Assembly (NCBI GenBank): GCA_964057225.1
Contig: OZ059900.1
Location: 8,060,001 to 8,124,000, forward strand
Source: Auanema rhodensis
Lineage: Eukaryota; Animalia; Nematoda
Length of the DNA: 64,000 bases
Reading direction: 5' to 3'
Below, in pieces: positions 11,801 to 27,165 of the stretch. The position numbers were made by a program, and so were the translations under genes. Below the pieces are notes generated by a model. The model was not told the origin of the DNA, did not search any database, and saw only the letters and a list, made by a program, of their open reading frames with translations. Within the stretch, counting starts at the first letter, position 1; every line of letters begins with the position of its first letter.

Positions 11801-13750
11801 CATATTTTTTTCTTCTAAAACGACTAAATGTATGAAATACTGTCATAGAATGTTCATATAGGTGTATTTTGCACGAATATCAAGACTGATTGAAACATGG
11901 GCCTTTTTATGCTCAAAACGCCATATATTCAACGATTTTGGGTACAAAACATGTGAAAACTGTATGTTTTGATCAGACCCTTTGAGATATGGATTTGAAA
12001 TTCAGGATTCATAAACTTCGACTATTTCTACATATATATGTCCAATTTTAACCACTTTGGTCAAAAAGGACCGAAAATATCAAGAATTATTGGTTTTTTG
12101 GGGTTTGAAGGGCATTTTGGCTAAATCAATCAAACTTTTGATCTTAAGCATATTTTTTTCTTCTAAAACGACTAAATGTATGAAATACTGTCATAGAATG
12201 TTCATATAGGTGTATTTTGCACGAATATCAAAACTGATTGAAATATGGGCCTTTTTATGCTCAAAACGCCATATATTCAACGATTTTGGGTACAAAACAT
12301 GTGAAAACTGTATGTTTTGATCAGACCCTTTGAGATATGGATTTGAAATTCAGGATTCATAAACTTTGACTATTTTTACATATATATGTTCAATTTTAAC
12401 CACTTTGGTCAAAAAGGACCGAAAATATCAAGAATTATTGGTTTTTTGGGGTGTGAAGGGCATTTTGGCTGAATCAGTCAAACTTTTGATCTTAAGCATA
12501 TTTTTTTCTTCTAAAACGACTAAATGTATGAAATACTGTCATAGAATGTTCATATAGGTGTATTTTGCACGAATATCAAAACTGATTGAAATATGGGCCT
12601 TTTTATGCTCAAAACGCCATATATTCAACGATTTTGGGTACAAAACATGTGAAAACGGTATGTTTTGATCAGACCCTTTGAGATATGGATTTGAAATTCA
12701 GGATTCATAAACTTCGACTATTTCTACATATATATGTCCAATTTTAACCACTTTGGTCAAAAAGGACCGAAAATATCAAGAATTATTGGTTTTTTGGGGT
12801 TTGAAGGGCATTTTGGCAAAATCAGTCAAACTTTTGATCTTAAGCATATTTTTTTCTTCTAAAACGACTAAATGTATGAAATACTGTCAAAGATTGTTCA
12901 TATAGGTGTATTTTGCACGAATATCAAAACTGATTGAAATATGGGCCTTTTTATGCTCAAAACGCCATATATTCAACGATTTTGGGTACAAAACATGTGA
13001 AAACTGTATGTTATGATCAGACCCTTTGAGATATGGATTTAAAATTCAGGATTCATAAAATTCGACTATTTTTACATATATATGTCCAATTTTAACCACT
13101 TTGGTCAAAAAGGACCGAAAATATCAAGAATTATTGGTTTTTTGGGGTTTGAAGGGCATTTTGGCAAAATCAGTCAAACTTTTGATCTTAAGCATATTTT
13201 TTTCTTCTAAAACGACTAAATGTATGAAATACTGTCATAGAATGTTCATATAGGTGTATTTTGCACGAATATCAAGACTGATTGAAACATGGGCCTTTTT
13301 ATGCTCAAAACGCCATATATTCAACGATTTTGGGTACAAAACATGTGAAAACTGTATGTTTTGATCAGACCCTTTGAGATATGGATTTGAAATTCAGGAT
13401 TCATAAACTTCGACTATTTCTACATATATATGTCCAATTTTAACCACTTTGGTCAAAAAGGACCGAAAATATCAAGAATTATTGGTTTTTTGGGGTTTGA
13501 AGGGCATTTTGGCTAAATCAATCAAACTTTTGATCTTAAGCATATTTTTTTCTTCTAAAACGACTAAATGTATGAAATACTGTCATAGAATGTTCATATA
13601 GGTGTATTTTGCACGAATATCAAAACTGATTGAAATATGGGCCTTTTTATGCTCAAAACGCCATATATTCAACGATTTTGGGTACAAAACATGTGAAAAC
13701 TGTATGTTTTGATCAGACCCTTTGAGATATGGATTTGAAATTCAGGATTC
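8860..13750 (+). repeat. Higher-order repeats: 5-mer (1740 bp) x2 followed by a 4-mer derivative (1392 bp)
   Basis: GGGTGTGAAG at ~9321/11061/12453; GTTATGATC at ~9881/11621/13013; CAAGACTGATTGAAACATGG at 10141/11881/13273; CAACTGTAAC at 8911/10651. Boundaries approximate. Confidence 0.85.
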
Positions 13751-16479
13751 ATAAACTTTGACTATTTTTACATATATATGTTCAATTTTAACCACTTTGG
13801 TCAAAAAGGACCGAAAATATCAAGAATTATTGGTTTTTTGGGGTTTGAAGGGCATTTTGGCAAAATCAGTCAAACTTTTGATCTTAAGCATATTTTTTTC
13901 TTCTAAAACGACTAAATGTATGAAATACTGTCATAGAATGTTCATATAGGTGTATTTTGCACGAATATCAAAACTGATTGAAATATGGGCCTTTTTATGT
14001 TCAAAACGCCATATATTCAACGATTTTGGGTACAAAACATGTGAAAACTGTATGTTTTGATCAGACCCTTTGAGATATGGATTTGAAATTCAGGATTCAT
14101 AAACTTTGACTATTTTTACATATATATGTCCAATTTTAACCACTTTGGTCAAAAAGGACCGAAAATATCAAGAATTATTGGTTTTTTGGGGATTGAAGGG
14201 CATTTTGGCAAAATCAGTCAAACTTTTGATCTTAAGCATATTTTTTTCTTCTAAAACGACTAAATGTATGAAATACTGTCATAGAATGTTCATATAGGTG
14301 TATTTTGCACGAATATCAAAACTGATTGAAATATGGGCCTTTTTATGCTCAAAACGCCATATATTCAACGATTTTGGGTACAAAACATGTGAAAACTGTA
14401 TGTTTTGATCAGAGCCTTTGAGATATGGATTTGAAATTCAGGATCCATAAACTTTGACTATTTTTACATATATATGTTCAATTTTAACCACTTTGGTCAA
14501 AAAGGACCGAAAATATCAAGAATTATTGGTTTTTTGGGGTTTGAAGGGCATTTTGGCAAAATCAGTCAAACTTTTGATCTTAAGCATATTTTTTTCTTCT
14601 AAAACGACTAAATGTATGAAATACTGTCATAGATTGTTCATATAGGTGTATTTTGCACGAATATCAAAACTGATTGAAATATGGGCCTTTTTATGCTCAA
14701 AACGCCAAATATTCAACGATTTTGGGTACAAAACATGTGAAAACTGTATGTTTTGATCAGACCCTTTGAGATATGGATTTGAAATTCAGGATTCATAAAC
14801 TTTGACTATTTTTACATATATATGTTCAATTTTAACCACTTTGGTCAAAAAGGACCGAAAATATCAAGAATTATTGGTTTTTTGGGGTTTGAAGGGCATT
14901 TTGGCAAAATCAGTCAAACTTTTGATCTTAAGCATATTTTTTTCTTCTAAAACGACTAAATGTATGAAATACTGTCATAGAATGTTCATATAGGTGTATT
15001 TTGCACGAATATCAAAACTGATTGAAATATGGGCCTTTTTATGCTCAAAACGCCATATATTCAACGATTTTGGGTACAAAACATGTGAAAACTGTATGTT
15101 TTGATCAGACCCTTTGAGATATGGATTTGAAATTCAGGATTCATAAACTTTGACTATTTTTACATATATATGTCCAATTTTAACCACTTTGGTCAAAAAG
15201 GACCGAAAATATCAAGAATTATTGGTTTTTTGGGGTTTGAAGGGCATTTTGGCTAAATCAGTCAAACTTTTGATCTTAAGCATATTTTTTTCTTCTAAAA
15301 CGACTAAATGTATGAAATACTGTCAAAGAATGTTCATATAGGTGTATTTTGCACGAATATCAAAACTGATTGAAATATGGGCCTTTTTATGCTCAAAACG
15401 CCATATATTCAACGATTTTGGGTACAAAACATGTGAAAACTGTATGTTTTGATCAGACCCTTTGAGATATGGATTTAAAATTCAGGATTCATAAAATTCG
15501 ACTATTTTTACATATATATGTCCAATTTTAACCACTTTGGTCAAAAAGGACCGAAAATATCAAGAATTATTGGTTTTTTGGGGTTTGAAGGGCATTTTGG
15601 CAAAATCAGTCAAACTTTTGATCTTAAGCATATTTTTTTCTTCTAAAACGACTAAATGTATGAAATACTGTCATAGAATGTTCATATAGGTGTATTTTGC
15701 ACGAATATCAAAACTGATTGAAATATGGGCATTTTTATGCTCAAAACGCCATATATTCAACGATTTTGGGTACAAAACATGTGAAAACTGTATGTTTTGA
15801 TCAGACCCTTTGAGATATGGATTTGAAATTCAGGATTCATAAACTTTGACTATTTTTACATATATATGTCCAATTTTAACCACTTTGGTCAAAAAGGACC
15901 GAAAATATCAAGAATTATTGGTTTTTTGGGGTTTGAAGGGCATTTTGGCTAAATCAGTCAAACTTTTGATCTTAAGCATATTTTTTTCTTCTAAAACGAC
16001 TAAATGTATGAAATACTGTCAAAGAATGTTCATATAGGTGTATTTTGCACGAATATCAAAACTGATTGAAATATGGGCCTTTTTATGCTCAAAACGCCAT
16101 ATATTCAACGATTTTGGGTACAAAACATGTGAAAACTGTATGTTTTGATCAGACCCTTTGAGATATGGATTTAAAATTCAGGATTCATAAAATTCGACTA
16201 TTTTTACATATATATGTCCAATTTTAACCACTTTGGTCAAAAAGGACCGAAAATATCAAGAATTATTGGTTTTTTGGGGTTTGAAGGGCATTTTGGCAAA
16301 ATCAGTCAAACTTTTGATCTTAAGCATATTTTTTTCTTCTAAAACGACTAAATGTATGAAATACTGTCATAGAATGTTCATATAGGTGAATTTTGCACGA
16401 ATATCAAAACTGATTGAAATATGGGCATTTTTATGCTCAAAACGCCATATATTCAACGATTTTGGGTACAAAACATGTG

Positions 16480-16578
16480 AAAACTGTATGTTTTGATCAG
16501 ACCCTTTGAGATATGGATTTGAAATTCAGGATTCATAAACTTTGACTATTTTTACATATATATGTTCAATTTTAACCA
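16480..16578 (+). repeat. 99-bp truncated monomer, copy 4
   Basis: Same junction; 15846->16641 = 795. Confidence 0.95.
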
Positions 16579-17622
16579 AAAACTGTATGTTTTGATCAGA
16601 GCCTTTGAGATATGGATTTGAAATTCAGGATTCATAAACTTTGACTATTTCTACATATATATGTTCAATTTTAACCACTTTGGTCAAAAAGGACCGAAAA
16701 TATCAAGAATTATTGGTTTTTTGGGGTTTGAAGGGCATTTTGGCTGAATCAGTCAAACTTTTGATCTTAAGCATATTTTTTTCTTCTAAAACGACTAAAT
16801 GTATGAAATACTGTCATAGAATGTTCATATAGGTGTATTTTGCACGAATATCAAAACTGATTGAAATATGGGAATTTTTATGCTCAAAACGCCATATATT
16901 CAACGATTTTGGGTACAAAACATGTGAAAACGGTATGTTTTGATCAGACCCTTTGAGATATGGATTTGAAATTCAGGATTCATAAACTTCGACTATTTCT
17001 ACATATATATGTCCAATTTTAACCACTTTGGTCAAAAAGGACCGAAAATATCAAGAATTATTGGTTTTTTGGGGTTTGAAGGGCATTTTGGCAAAATCAG
17101 TCAAACTTTTGATCTTAAGCATATTTTTTTCTTCTAAAACGACTAAATGTATGAAATACTGTCATAGAATGTTCATATAGGTGTATTTTGCACGAATATC
17201 AAAACTGATTGAAATATGGGAATTTTTATGCTCAAAACGCCATATATTCAACGATTTTGGGTACAAAACATGTGAAAACGGTATGTTTTGATCAGACCCT
17301 TTGAGATATGGATTTGAAATTCAGGATTCATAAACTTCGACTATTTCTACATATATATGTCCAATTTTAACCACTTTGGTCAAAAAGGACCGAAAATATC
17401 AAGAATTATTGGTTTTTTGGGGTTTGAAGGGCATTTTGGCAAAATCAGTCAAACTTTTGATCTTAAGCATATTTTTTTCTTCTAAAACGACTAAATGTAT
17501 GAAATACTGTCAAAGATTGTTCATATAGGTGTATTTTGCACGAATATCAAAACTGATTGAAATATGGGCATTTTTATGCTCAAAACGCCATATATTCAAC
17601 GATTTTGGGTACAAAACATGTG

Positions 17623-17721
17623 AAAACTGTATGTTTTGATCAGACCCTTTGAGATATGGATTTGAAATTCAGGATTCATAAACTTTGACTATTTTTACAT
17701 ATATATGTTCAATTTTAACCA
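17623..17721 (+). repeat. 99-bp truncated monomer, copy 5
   Basis: Same junction; 16641->17784 = 3*348+99. Confidence 0.95.
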
Positions 17722-20505
17722 AAAACTGTATGTTTTGATCAGAGCCTTTGAGATATGGATTTGAAATTCAGGATCCATAAACTTTGACTATTTTTACATA
17801 TATATGTTCAATTTTAACCACTATGGTCAAAAAGGACCGAAAATATCAAGAATTATTGGTTTTTTGGGGTTTGGAGGGCATTTTGGCAAAATCAGTCAAA
17901 CTTTTGATCTTAAGCATATTTTTTTCTTCTAAAACGACTAAATGTATGAAATACTGTCATAGAATGTTCATATAGGTGTATTTTGCACGAATATCAAAAC
18001 TGATTGAAATATGGGCCTTTTTATGCTCAAAAAGCCATATATTCAACGATTTTGGGTACAAAACATGTGAAAACTGTATGTTTTGATCAGACCCTTTGAG
18101 ATATGGATTTGAAATTCAGGATTCATAAACTTTGACTATTTTTACATATATATGTCCAATTTCAACCACTTTGGTCAAAAAGGACCGAAAATATCAAGAA
18201 TTATTGGTTTTTTGGGGTTTGAAGGGCATTTTGGCTAAATCAGTCAAACTTTTGATCTTAAGCATATTTTTTTCTTCTAAAACGACTAAATGTATGAAAT
18301 ACTGTCATAGAATGTTGATATAGGTGTATTTTGCACGAATATCAAAACTGATTGAAATATGGGCCTTTTTATGCTCAAAACGCCATATATTCAACGATTT
18401 TGGGTTCAAAACATGTGAAAACTGTATGTTTTGATCAGACCCTTTGAGATATGGATTTGAAATTCAGGATCCATAAACTTTGACTATTTTTACATATATA
18501 TGTTCAATTTTAACCGCTATGGTCAAAAAGGACCGAAAATATCAAGAATTATTGGTTTTTTGGGGTTTGAAGGGCATTTTGGCAAAATCAGTCAAACTTT
18601 TGATCTTAAGCATATTTTTTTCTTCTAAAACGACTAAATGTATGAAATACTGTCATAGAATGTTCATATAGGTGTATTTTGCACGAATATCAAAACTGAT
18701 TGAAATATGGGCCTTTTTATGCTCAAAACGCCATATATTCAACGATTTTGGGTACAAAACATGTGAAAACTGTATGTTTTGATCAGACCCTTTGAGATAT
18801 GGATTTGAAATTCAGGATTCATAAACTTTGACTATTTTTACATATATATGTTCAATTGTAACCACTTTGGTCAAAAAGGACCGAAAATATCAAGAATTAT
18901 TGGTTTTTTGGGGTTTGAAGGGCATTTTGGCTAAATCAGTCAAACTTTTGATCTTAAGCATATTTTTTTCTTCTAAAACGACTAAATGTATGAAATACTG
19001 TCATAGAATGTTGATATAGGTGTATTTTGCACGAATATCAAAACTGATTGAAATATGGGCCTTTTTATGCTCAAAACGCCATATATTCAACGATTTTGGG
19101 TACAAAACATGTGAAAACTGTATGTTTTGATCAGACCCTTTGAGATATGGATTTGGAATTCAGGATTCATAAACTTTGACTATTTTTACATATATATGTT
19201 CAATTTTAACCACTTTGGTCAAAAAGGACCGAAAATATCAAGAATTATTGGTTTTTTGGGGTTTGAAGGGCATTTTGGCAAAATCAGTCAAACTTTTGAT
19301 CTTAAGCATATTTTTTTCTTCTAAAACGACTAAATGTATGAAATACTGTCATAGATTGTTCATATAGGTGTATTTTGCACGAATATCAAAACTGATTGAA
19401 ATATGGGCCTTTTTATGCTCCAAACGCCATATATTCAACGATTTTGGGTACAAAACATGTGAAAACTGTATGTTTTGATCAGACCCTTTGAGATATGGAT
19501 TTGAAATTCAGGATTCATAAACTTTGACTATTTCTACATATATATGTTCAATTTTAACCACTTTGGTCAAAAAGGACCGAAAATATCAAGAATTATTGGT
19601 TTTTTGGGGTTTGAAGGGCATTTTGGCAAAATCAGTCAAACTTTTGATCTTAAGCATATTTTTTTCTTCTAAAACGACTAAATGTATGAAATACTGTCAT
19701 AGAATGTTCATATAGGTGTATTTTGCACGAATATCAAAACTGATTGAAATATGGGCCTTTTTATGCTCAAAACGCCATATATTCAACGATTTTGGGTACA
19801 AAACATGTGAAAACTGTATGTTTTGATCAGACCCTTTGAGATATGGATTTGAAATTCAGGATTCATAAACTTTGACTATTTTTACATATATATGTCCAAT
19901 TTTAACCACTTTGGTCAAAAAGGACCGAAAATATCAAGAATTATTGGTTTTTTGGGGTTTGAAGGGCATTTTGGCTAAATCAGTCAAACTTTTGATCTTA
20001 AGCATATTTTTTTCTTCTAAAACGACTAAATGTATGAAATACTGTCAAAGAATGTTCATATAGGTGTATTTTGCACGAATATCAAAACTGATTGAAATAT
20101 GGGCCTTTTTATGCTCAAAACGCCATATATTCAACGATTTTGGGTACAAAACATGTGAAAACTGTATGTTTTGATCAGACCCTTTGAGATATGGATTTAA
20201 AATTCAGGATTCATAAAATTCGACTATTTTTACATATTTATGTCCAATTTTAACCACTTTGGTCAAAAAGGACCGAAAATATCAAGAATTATTGGTTTTT
20301 TGGGGTTTGAAGGGCATTTTGGCAAAATCAGTCAAACTTTTGATCTTAAGCATATTTTTTTCTTCTAAAACGACTAAATGTATGAAATACTGTCATAGAA
20401 TGTTCATATAGGTGTATTTTGCACGAATATCAAAACTGATTGAAATATGGGCATTTTTATGCTCAAAACGCCATATATTCAACGATTTTGGGTACAAAAC
20501 ATGTG

Positions 20506-20604
20506 AAAACTGTATGTTTTGATCAGACCCTTTGAGATATGGATTTGAAATTCAGGATTCATAAACTTTGACTATTTTTACATATATATGTTCAATTTTA
20601 ACCA
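20506..20604 (+). repeat. 99-bp truncated monomer, copy 6
   Basis: Same junction; 19872->20667 = 795. Confidence 0.95.
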
Positions 20605-21996
20605 AAAACTGTATGTTTTGATCAGAGCCTTTGAGATATGGATTTGAAATTCAGGATCCATAAACTTTGACTATTTCTACATATATATGTTCAATTTTAA
20701 CCACTATGGTCAAAAAGGACCGAAAATATCAAGAATTATTGGTTTTTTGGGGTTTGAAGGGCATTTTGGCAAAATCAGTCAAACTTTTGATCTTAAGCAT
20801 ATTTTTTTCTTCTAAAACGACTAAATGTATGAAATACTGTCATAGAATGTTCATATAGGTGTATTTTGCACGAATATCAAAACTGATTGAAATATGGGCC
20901 TTTTTATGCTCAAAACGCCATATATTCAACGATTTTGGGTACAAAACATGTGAAAACTGTATGTTTTGATCAGACCCTTTGAGATATGGATTTGAAATTC
21001 AGGATTCATAAACTTTGACTATTTTTACATATATATGTCCAATTTTAACCACTTTGGTCAAAAAGGACCGAAAATATCAAGAATTATTGGTTTTTTGGGG
21101 TTTGAAGGGCATTTTGGCTAAATCAGTCAAACTTTTGATCTTAAGCATATTTTTTTCTTCTAAAACGACTAAATGTATGAAATACTGTCAAAGAATGTTC
21201 ATATAGGTGTATTTTGCACGAATATCAAAACTGATTGAAATATGGGCCTTTTTATGCTCAAAACGCCATATATTCAACGATTTTGGGTACAAAACATGTG
21301 AAAACTGTATGTTTTGATCAGACCCTTTGAGATATGGATTTAAAATTCAGGATTCATAAAATTCGACTATTTTTACATATATATGTCCAATTTTAACCAC
21401 TTTGGTCAAAAAGGACCGAAAATATCAAGAATTATTGGTTTTTTGGGGTTTGAAGGGCATTTTGGCAAAATCAGTCAAACTTTTGATCTTAAGCATATTT
21501 TTTTCTTCTAAAACGACTAAATGTATGAAATACTGTCATAGAATGTTCATATAGGTGTATTTTGCACGAATATCAAAACTGATTGAAATATGGGCATTTT
21601 TATGCTCAAAACGCCATATATTCAACGATTTTGGGTACAAAACATGTGAAAACTGTATGTTTTGATCAGACCCTTTGAGATATGGATTTGAAATTCAGGA
21701 TTCATAAAATTCGACTATTTTTACATATATATGTCCAATTTTAACCACTTTGGTCAAAAAGGACCGAAAATATCAAGAATTATTGGTTTTTTGGGGTTTG
21801 AAGGGCATTTTGGCAAAATCAGTCAAACTTTTGATCTTAAGCATATTTTTTTCTTCTAAAACGACTAAATGTATGAAATACTGTCATAGAATGTTCATAT
21901 AGGTGAATTTTGCACGAATATCAAAACTGATTGAAATATGGGCATTTTTATGCTCAAAACGCCATATATTCAACGATTTTGGGTACAAAACATGTG

Positions 21997-22095
21997 AAAA
22001 CTGTATGTTTTGATCAGACCCTTTGAGATATGGATTTGAAATTCAGGATTCATAAACTTTGACTATTTTTACATATATATGTTCAATTTTAACCA
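21997..22095 (+). repeat. 99-bp truncated monomer, copy 7
   Basis: Same junction; 21015->22158 = 1143. Confidence 0.95.
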
Positions 22096-23139
22096 AAAAC
22101 TGTATGTTTTGATCAGAGCCTTTGAGATATGGATTTGAAATTCAGGATTCATAAACTTTGACTATTTCTACATATATATGTTCAATTTTAACCACTTTGG
22201 TCAAAAAGGACCGAAAATATCAAGAATTATTGGTTTTTTGGGGTTTGAAGGGCATTTTGGCTGAATCAGTCAAACTTTTGATCTTAAGCATATTTTTTTC
22301 TTCTAAAACGACTAAATGTATGAAATACTGTCATAGAATGTTCATATAGGTGTATTTTGCACGAATATCAAAACTGATTGAAATATGGGAATTTTTATGC
22401 TCAAAACGCCATATATTCAACGATTTTGGGTACAAAACATGTGAAAACGGTATGTTTTGATCAGACCCTTTGAGATATGGATTTGAAATTCAGGATTCAT
22501 AAACTTCGACTATTTCTACATATATATGTCCAATTTTAACCACTTTGGTCAAAAAGGACCGAAAATATCAAGAATTATTGGTTTTTTGGGGTTTGAAGGG
22601 CATTTTGGCAAAATCAGTCAAACTTTTGATCTTAAGCATATTTTTTTCTTCTAAAACGACTAAATGTATGAAATACTGTCATAGAATGTTCATATAGGTG
22701 TATTTTGCACGAATATCAAAACTGATTGAAATATGGGAATTTTTATGCTCAAAACGCCATATATTCAACGATTTTGGGTACAAAACATGTGAAAACGGTA
22801 TGTTTTGATCAGACCCTTTGAGATATGGATTTGAAATTCAGGATTCATAAACTTCGACTATTTCTACATATATATGTCCAATTTTAACCACTTTGGTCAA
22901 AAAGGACCGAAAATATCAAGAATTATTGGTTTTTTGGGGTTTGAAGGGCATTTTGGCAAAATCAGTCAAACTTTTGATCTTAAGCATATTTTTTTCTTCT
23001 AAAACGACTAAATGTATGAAATACTGTCAAAGATTGTTCATATAGGTGTATTTTGCACGAATATCAAAACTGATTGAAATATGGGCATTTTTATGCTCAA
23101 AACGCCATATATTCAACGATTTTGGGTACAAAACATGTG

Positions 23140-23238
23140 AAAACTGTATGTTTTGATCAGACCCTTTGAGATATGGATTTGAAATTCAGGATTCATAAAC
23201 TTTGACTATTTTTACATATATATGTTCAATTTTAACCA
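23140..23238 (+). repeat. 99-bp truncated monomer, copy 8
   Basis: Same junction; 22158->23301 = 1143. Confidence 0.95.
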
Positions 23239-26022
23239 AAAACTGTATGTTTTGATCAGAGCCTTTGAGATATGGATTTGAAATTCAGGATCCATAAACT
23301 TTGACTATTTTTACATATATATGTTCAATTTTAACCACTATGGTCAAAAAGGACCGAAAATATCAAGAATTATTGGTTTTTTGGGGTTTGGAGGGCATTT
23401 TGGCAAAATCAGTCAAACTTTTGATCTTAAGCATATTTTTTTCTTCTAAAACGACTAAATGTATGAAATACTGTCATAGAATGTTCATATAGGTGTATTT
23501 TGCACGAATATCAAAACTGATTGAAATATGGGCCTTTTTATGCTCAAAAAGCCATATATTCAACGATTTTGGGTACAAAACATGTGAAAACTGTATGTTT
23601 TGATCAGACCCTTTGAGATATGGATTTGAAATTCAGGATTCATAAACTTTGACTATTTTTACATATATATGTCCAATTTCAACCACTTTGGTCAAAAAGG
23701 ACCGAAAATATCAAGAATTATTGGTTTTTTGGGGTTTGAAGGGCATTTTGGCTAAATCAGTCAAACTTTTGATCTTAAGCATATTTTTTTCTTCTAAAAC
23801 GACTAAATGTATGAAATACTGTCATAGAATGTTGATATAGGTGTATTTTGCACGAATATCAAAACTGATTGAAATATGGGCCTTTTTATGCTCAAAACGC
23901 CATATATTCAACGATTTTGGGTTCAAAACATGTGAAAACTGTATGTTTTGATCAGACCCTTTGAGATATGGATTTGAAATTCAGGATCCATAAACTTTGA
24001 CTATTTTTACATATATATGTTCAATTTTAACCGCTATGGTCAAAAAGGACCGAAAATATCAAGAATTATTGGTTTTTTGGGGTTTGAAGGGCATTTTGGC
24101 AAAATCAGTCAAACTTTTGATCTTAAGCATATTTTTTTCTTCTAAAACGACTAAATGTATGAAATACTGTCATAGAATGTTCATATAGGTGTATTTTGCA
24201 CGAATATCAAAACTGATTGAAATATGGGCCTTTTTATGCTCAAAACGCCATATATTCAACGATTTTGGGTACAAAACATGTGAAAACTGTATGTTTTGAT
24301 CAGACCCTTTGAGATATGGATTTGAAATTCAGGATTCATAAACTTTGACTATTTTTACATATATATGTTCAATTGTAACCACTTTGGTCAAAAAGGACCG
24401 AAAATATCAAGAATTATTGGTTTTTTGGGGTTTGAAGGGCATTTTGGCTAAATCAGTCAAACTTTTGATCTTAAGCATATTTTTTTCTTCTAAAACGACT
24501 AAATGTATGAAATACTGTCATAGAATGTTGATATAGGTGTATTTTGCACGAATATCAAAACTGATTGAAATATGGGCCTTTTTATGCTCAAAACGCCATA
24601 TATTCAACGATTTTGGGTACAAAACATGTGAAAACTGTATGTTTTGATCAGACCCTTTGAGATATGGATTTGGAATTCAGGATTCATAAACTTTGACTAT
24701 TTTTACATATATATGTTCAATTTTAACCACTTTGGTCAAAAAGGACCGAAAATATCAAGAATTATTGGTTTTTTGGGGTTTGAAGGGCATTTTGGCAAAA
24801 TCAGTCAAACTTTTGATCTTAAGCATATTTTTTTCTTCTAAAACGACTAAATGTATGAAATACTGTCATAGATTGTTCATATAGGTGTATTTTGCACGAA
24901 TATCAAAACTGATTGAAATATGGGCCTTTTTATGCTCCAAACGCCATATATTCAACGATTTTGGGTACAAAACATGTGAAAACTGTATGTTTTGATCAGA
25001 CCCTTTGAGATATGGATTTGAAATTCAGGATTCATAAACTTTGACTATTTCTACATATATATGTTCAATTTTAACCACTTTGGTCAAAAAGGACCGAAAA
25101 TATCAAGAATTATTGGTTTTTTGGGGTTTGAAGGGCATTTTGGCAAAATCAGTCAAACTTTTGATCTTAAGCATATTTTTTTCTTCTAAAACGACTAAAT
25201 GTATGAAATACTGTCATAGAATGTTCATATAGGTGTATTTTGCACGAATATCAAAACTGATTGAAATATGGGCCTTTTTATGCTCAAAACGCCATATATT
25301 CAACGATTTTGGGTACAAAACATGTGAAAACTGTATGTTTTGATCAGACCCTTTGAGATATGGATTTGAAATTCAGGATTCATAAACTTTGACTATTTTT
25401 ACATATATATGTCCAATTTTAACCACTTTGGTCAAAAAGGACCGAAAATATCAAGAATTATTGGTTTTTTGGGGTTTGAAGGGCATTTTGGCTAAATCAG
25501 TCAAACTTTTGATCTTAAGCATATTTTTTTCTTCTAAAACGACTAAATGTATGAAATACTGTCAAAGAATGTTCATATAGGTGTATTTTGCACGAATATC
25601 AAAACTGATTGAAATATGGGCCTTTTTATGCTCAAAACGCCATATATTCAACGATTTTGGGTACAAAACATGTGAAAACTGTATGTTTTGATCAGACCCT
25701 TTGAGATATGGATTTAAAATTCAGGATTCATAAAATTCGACTATTTTTACATATTTATGTCCAATTTTAACCACTTTGGTCAAAAAGGACCGAAAATATC
25801 AAGAATTATTGGTTTTTTGGGGTTTGAAGGGCATTTTGGCAAAATCAGTCAAACTTTTGATCTTAAGCATATTTTTTTCTTCTAAAACGACTAAATGTAT
25901 GAAATACTGTCATAGAATGTTCATATAGGTGTATTTTGCACGAATATCAAAACTGATTGAAATATGGGCATTTTTATGCTCAAAACGCCATATATTCAAC
26001 GATTTTGGGTACAAAACATGTG

Positions 26023-26121
26023 AAAACTGTATGTTTTGATCAGACCCTTTGAGATATGGATTTGAAATTCAGGATTCATAAACTTTGACTATTTTTACAT
26101 ATATATGTTCAATTTTAACCA
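26023..26121 (+). repeat. 99-bp truncated monomer, copy 9
   Basis: Same junction; 25389->26184 = 795. Confidence 0.95.
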
Positions 26122-27165
26122 AAAACTGTATGTTTTGATCAGAGCCTTTGAGATATGGATTTGAAATTCAGGATCCATAAACTTTGACTATTTCTACATA
26201 TATATGTTCAATTTTAACCACTATGGTCAAAAAGGACCGAAAATATCAAGAATTATTGGTTTTTTGGGGTTTGAAGGGCATTTTGGCAAAATCAGTCAAA
26301 CTTTTGATCTTAAGCATATTTTTTTCTTCTAAAACGACTAAATGTATGAAATACTGTCATAGAATGTTCATATAGGTGTATTTTGCACGAATATCAAAAC
26401 TGATTGAAATATGGGCCTTTTTATGCTCAAAACGCCATATATTCAACGATTTTGGGTACAAAACATGTGAAAACTGTATGTTTTGATCAGACCCTTTGAG
26501 ATATGGATTTGAAATTCAGGATTCATAAACTTTGACTATTTTTACATATATATGTCCAATTTTAACCACTTTGGTCAAAAAGGACCGAAAATATCAAGAA
26601 TTATTGGTTTTTTGGGGTTTGAAGGGCATTTTGGCTAAATCAGTCAAACTTTTGATCTTAAGCATATTTTTTTCTTCTAAAACGACTAAATGTATGAAAT
26701 ACTGTCAAAGAATGTTCATATAGGTGTATTTTGCACGAATATCAAAACTGATTGAAATATGGGCCTTTTTATGCTCAAAACGCCATATATTCAACGATTT
26801 TGGGTACAAAACATGTGAAAACTGTATGTTTTGATCAGACCCTTTGAGATATGGATTTAAAATTCAGGATTCATAAAATTCGACTATTTTTACATATATA
26901 TGTCCAATTTTAACCACTTTGGTCAAAAAGGACCGAAAATATCAAGAATTATTGGTTTTTTGGGGTTTGAAGGGCATTTTGGCAAAATCAGTCAAACTTT
27001 TGATCTTAAGCATATTTTTTTCTTCTAAAACGACTAAATGTATGAAATACTGTCATAGAATGTTCATATAGGTGTATTTTGCACGAATATCAAAACTGAT
27101 TGAAATATGGGCATTTTTATGCTCAAAACGCCATATATTCAACGATTTTGGGTACAAAACATGTG

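Noticed and set aside
7432-16579. 26-monomer gap between 99-bp junctions equalling the inferred 26-mer of the right domain
   Set aside because: The variant content is unrelated and this gap is itself built from 5-mer, 4-mer and 2-mer duplications, so the number match is treated as coincidence.
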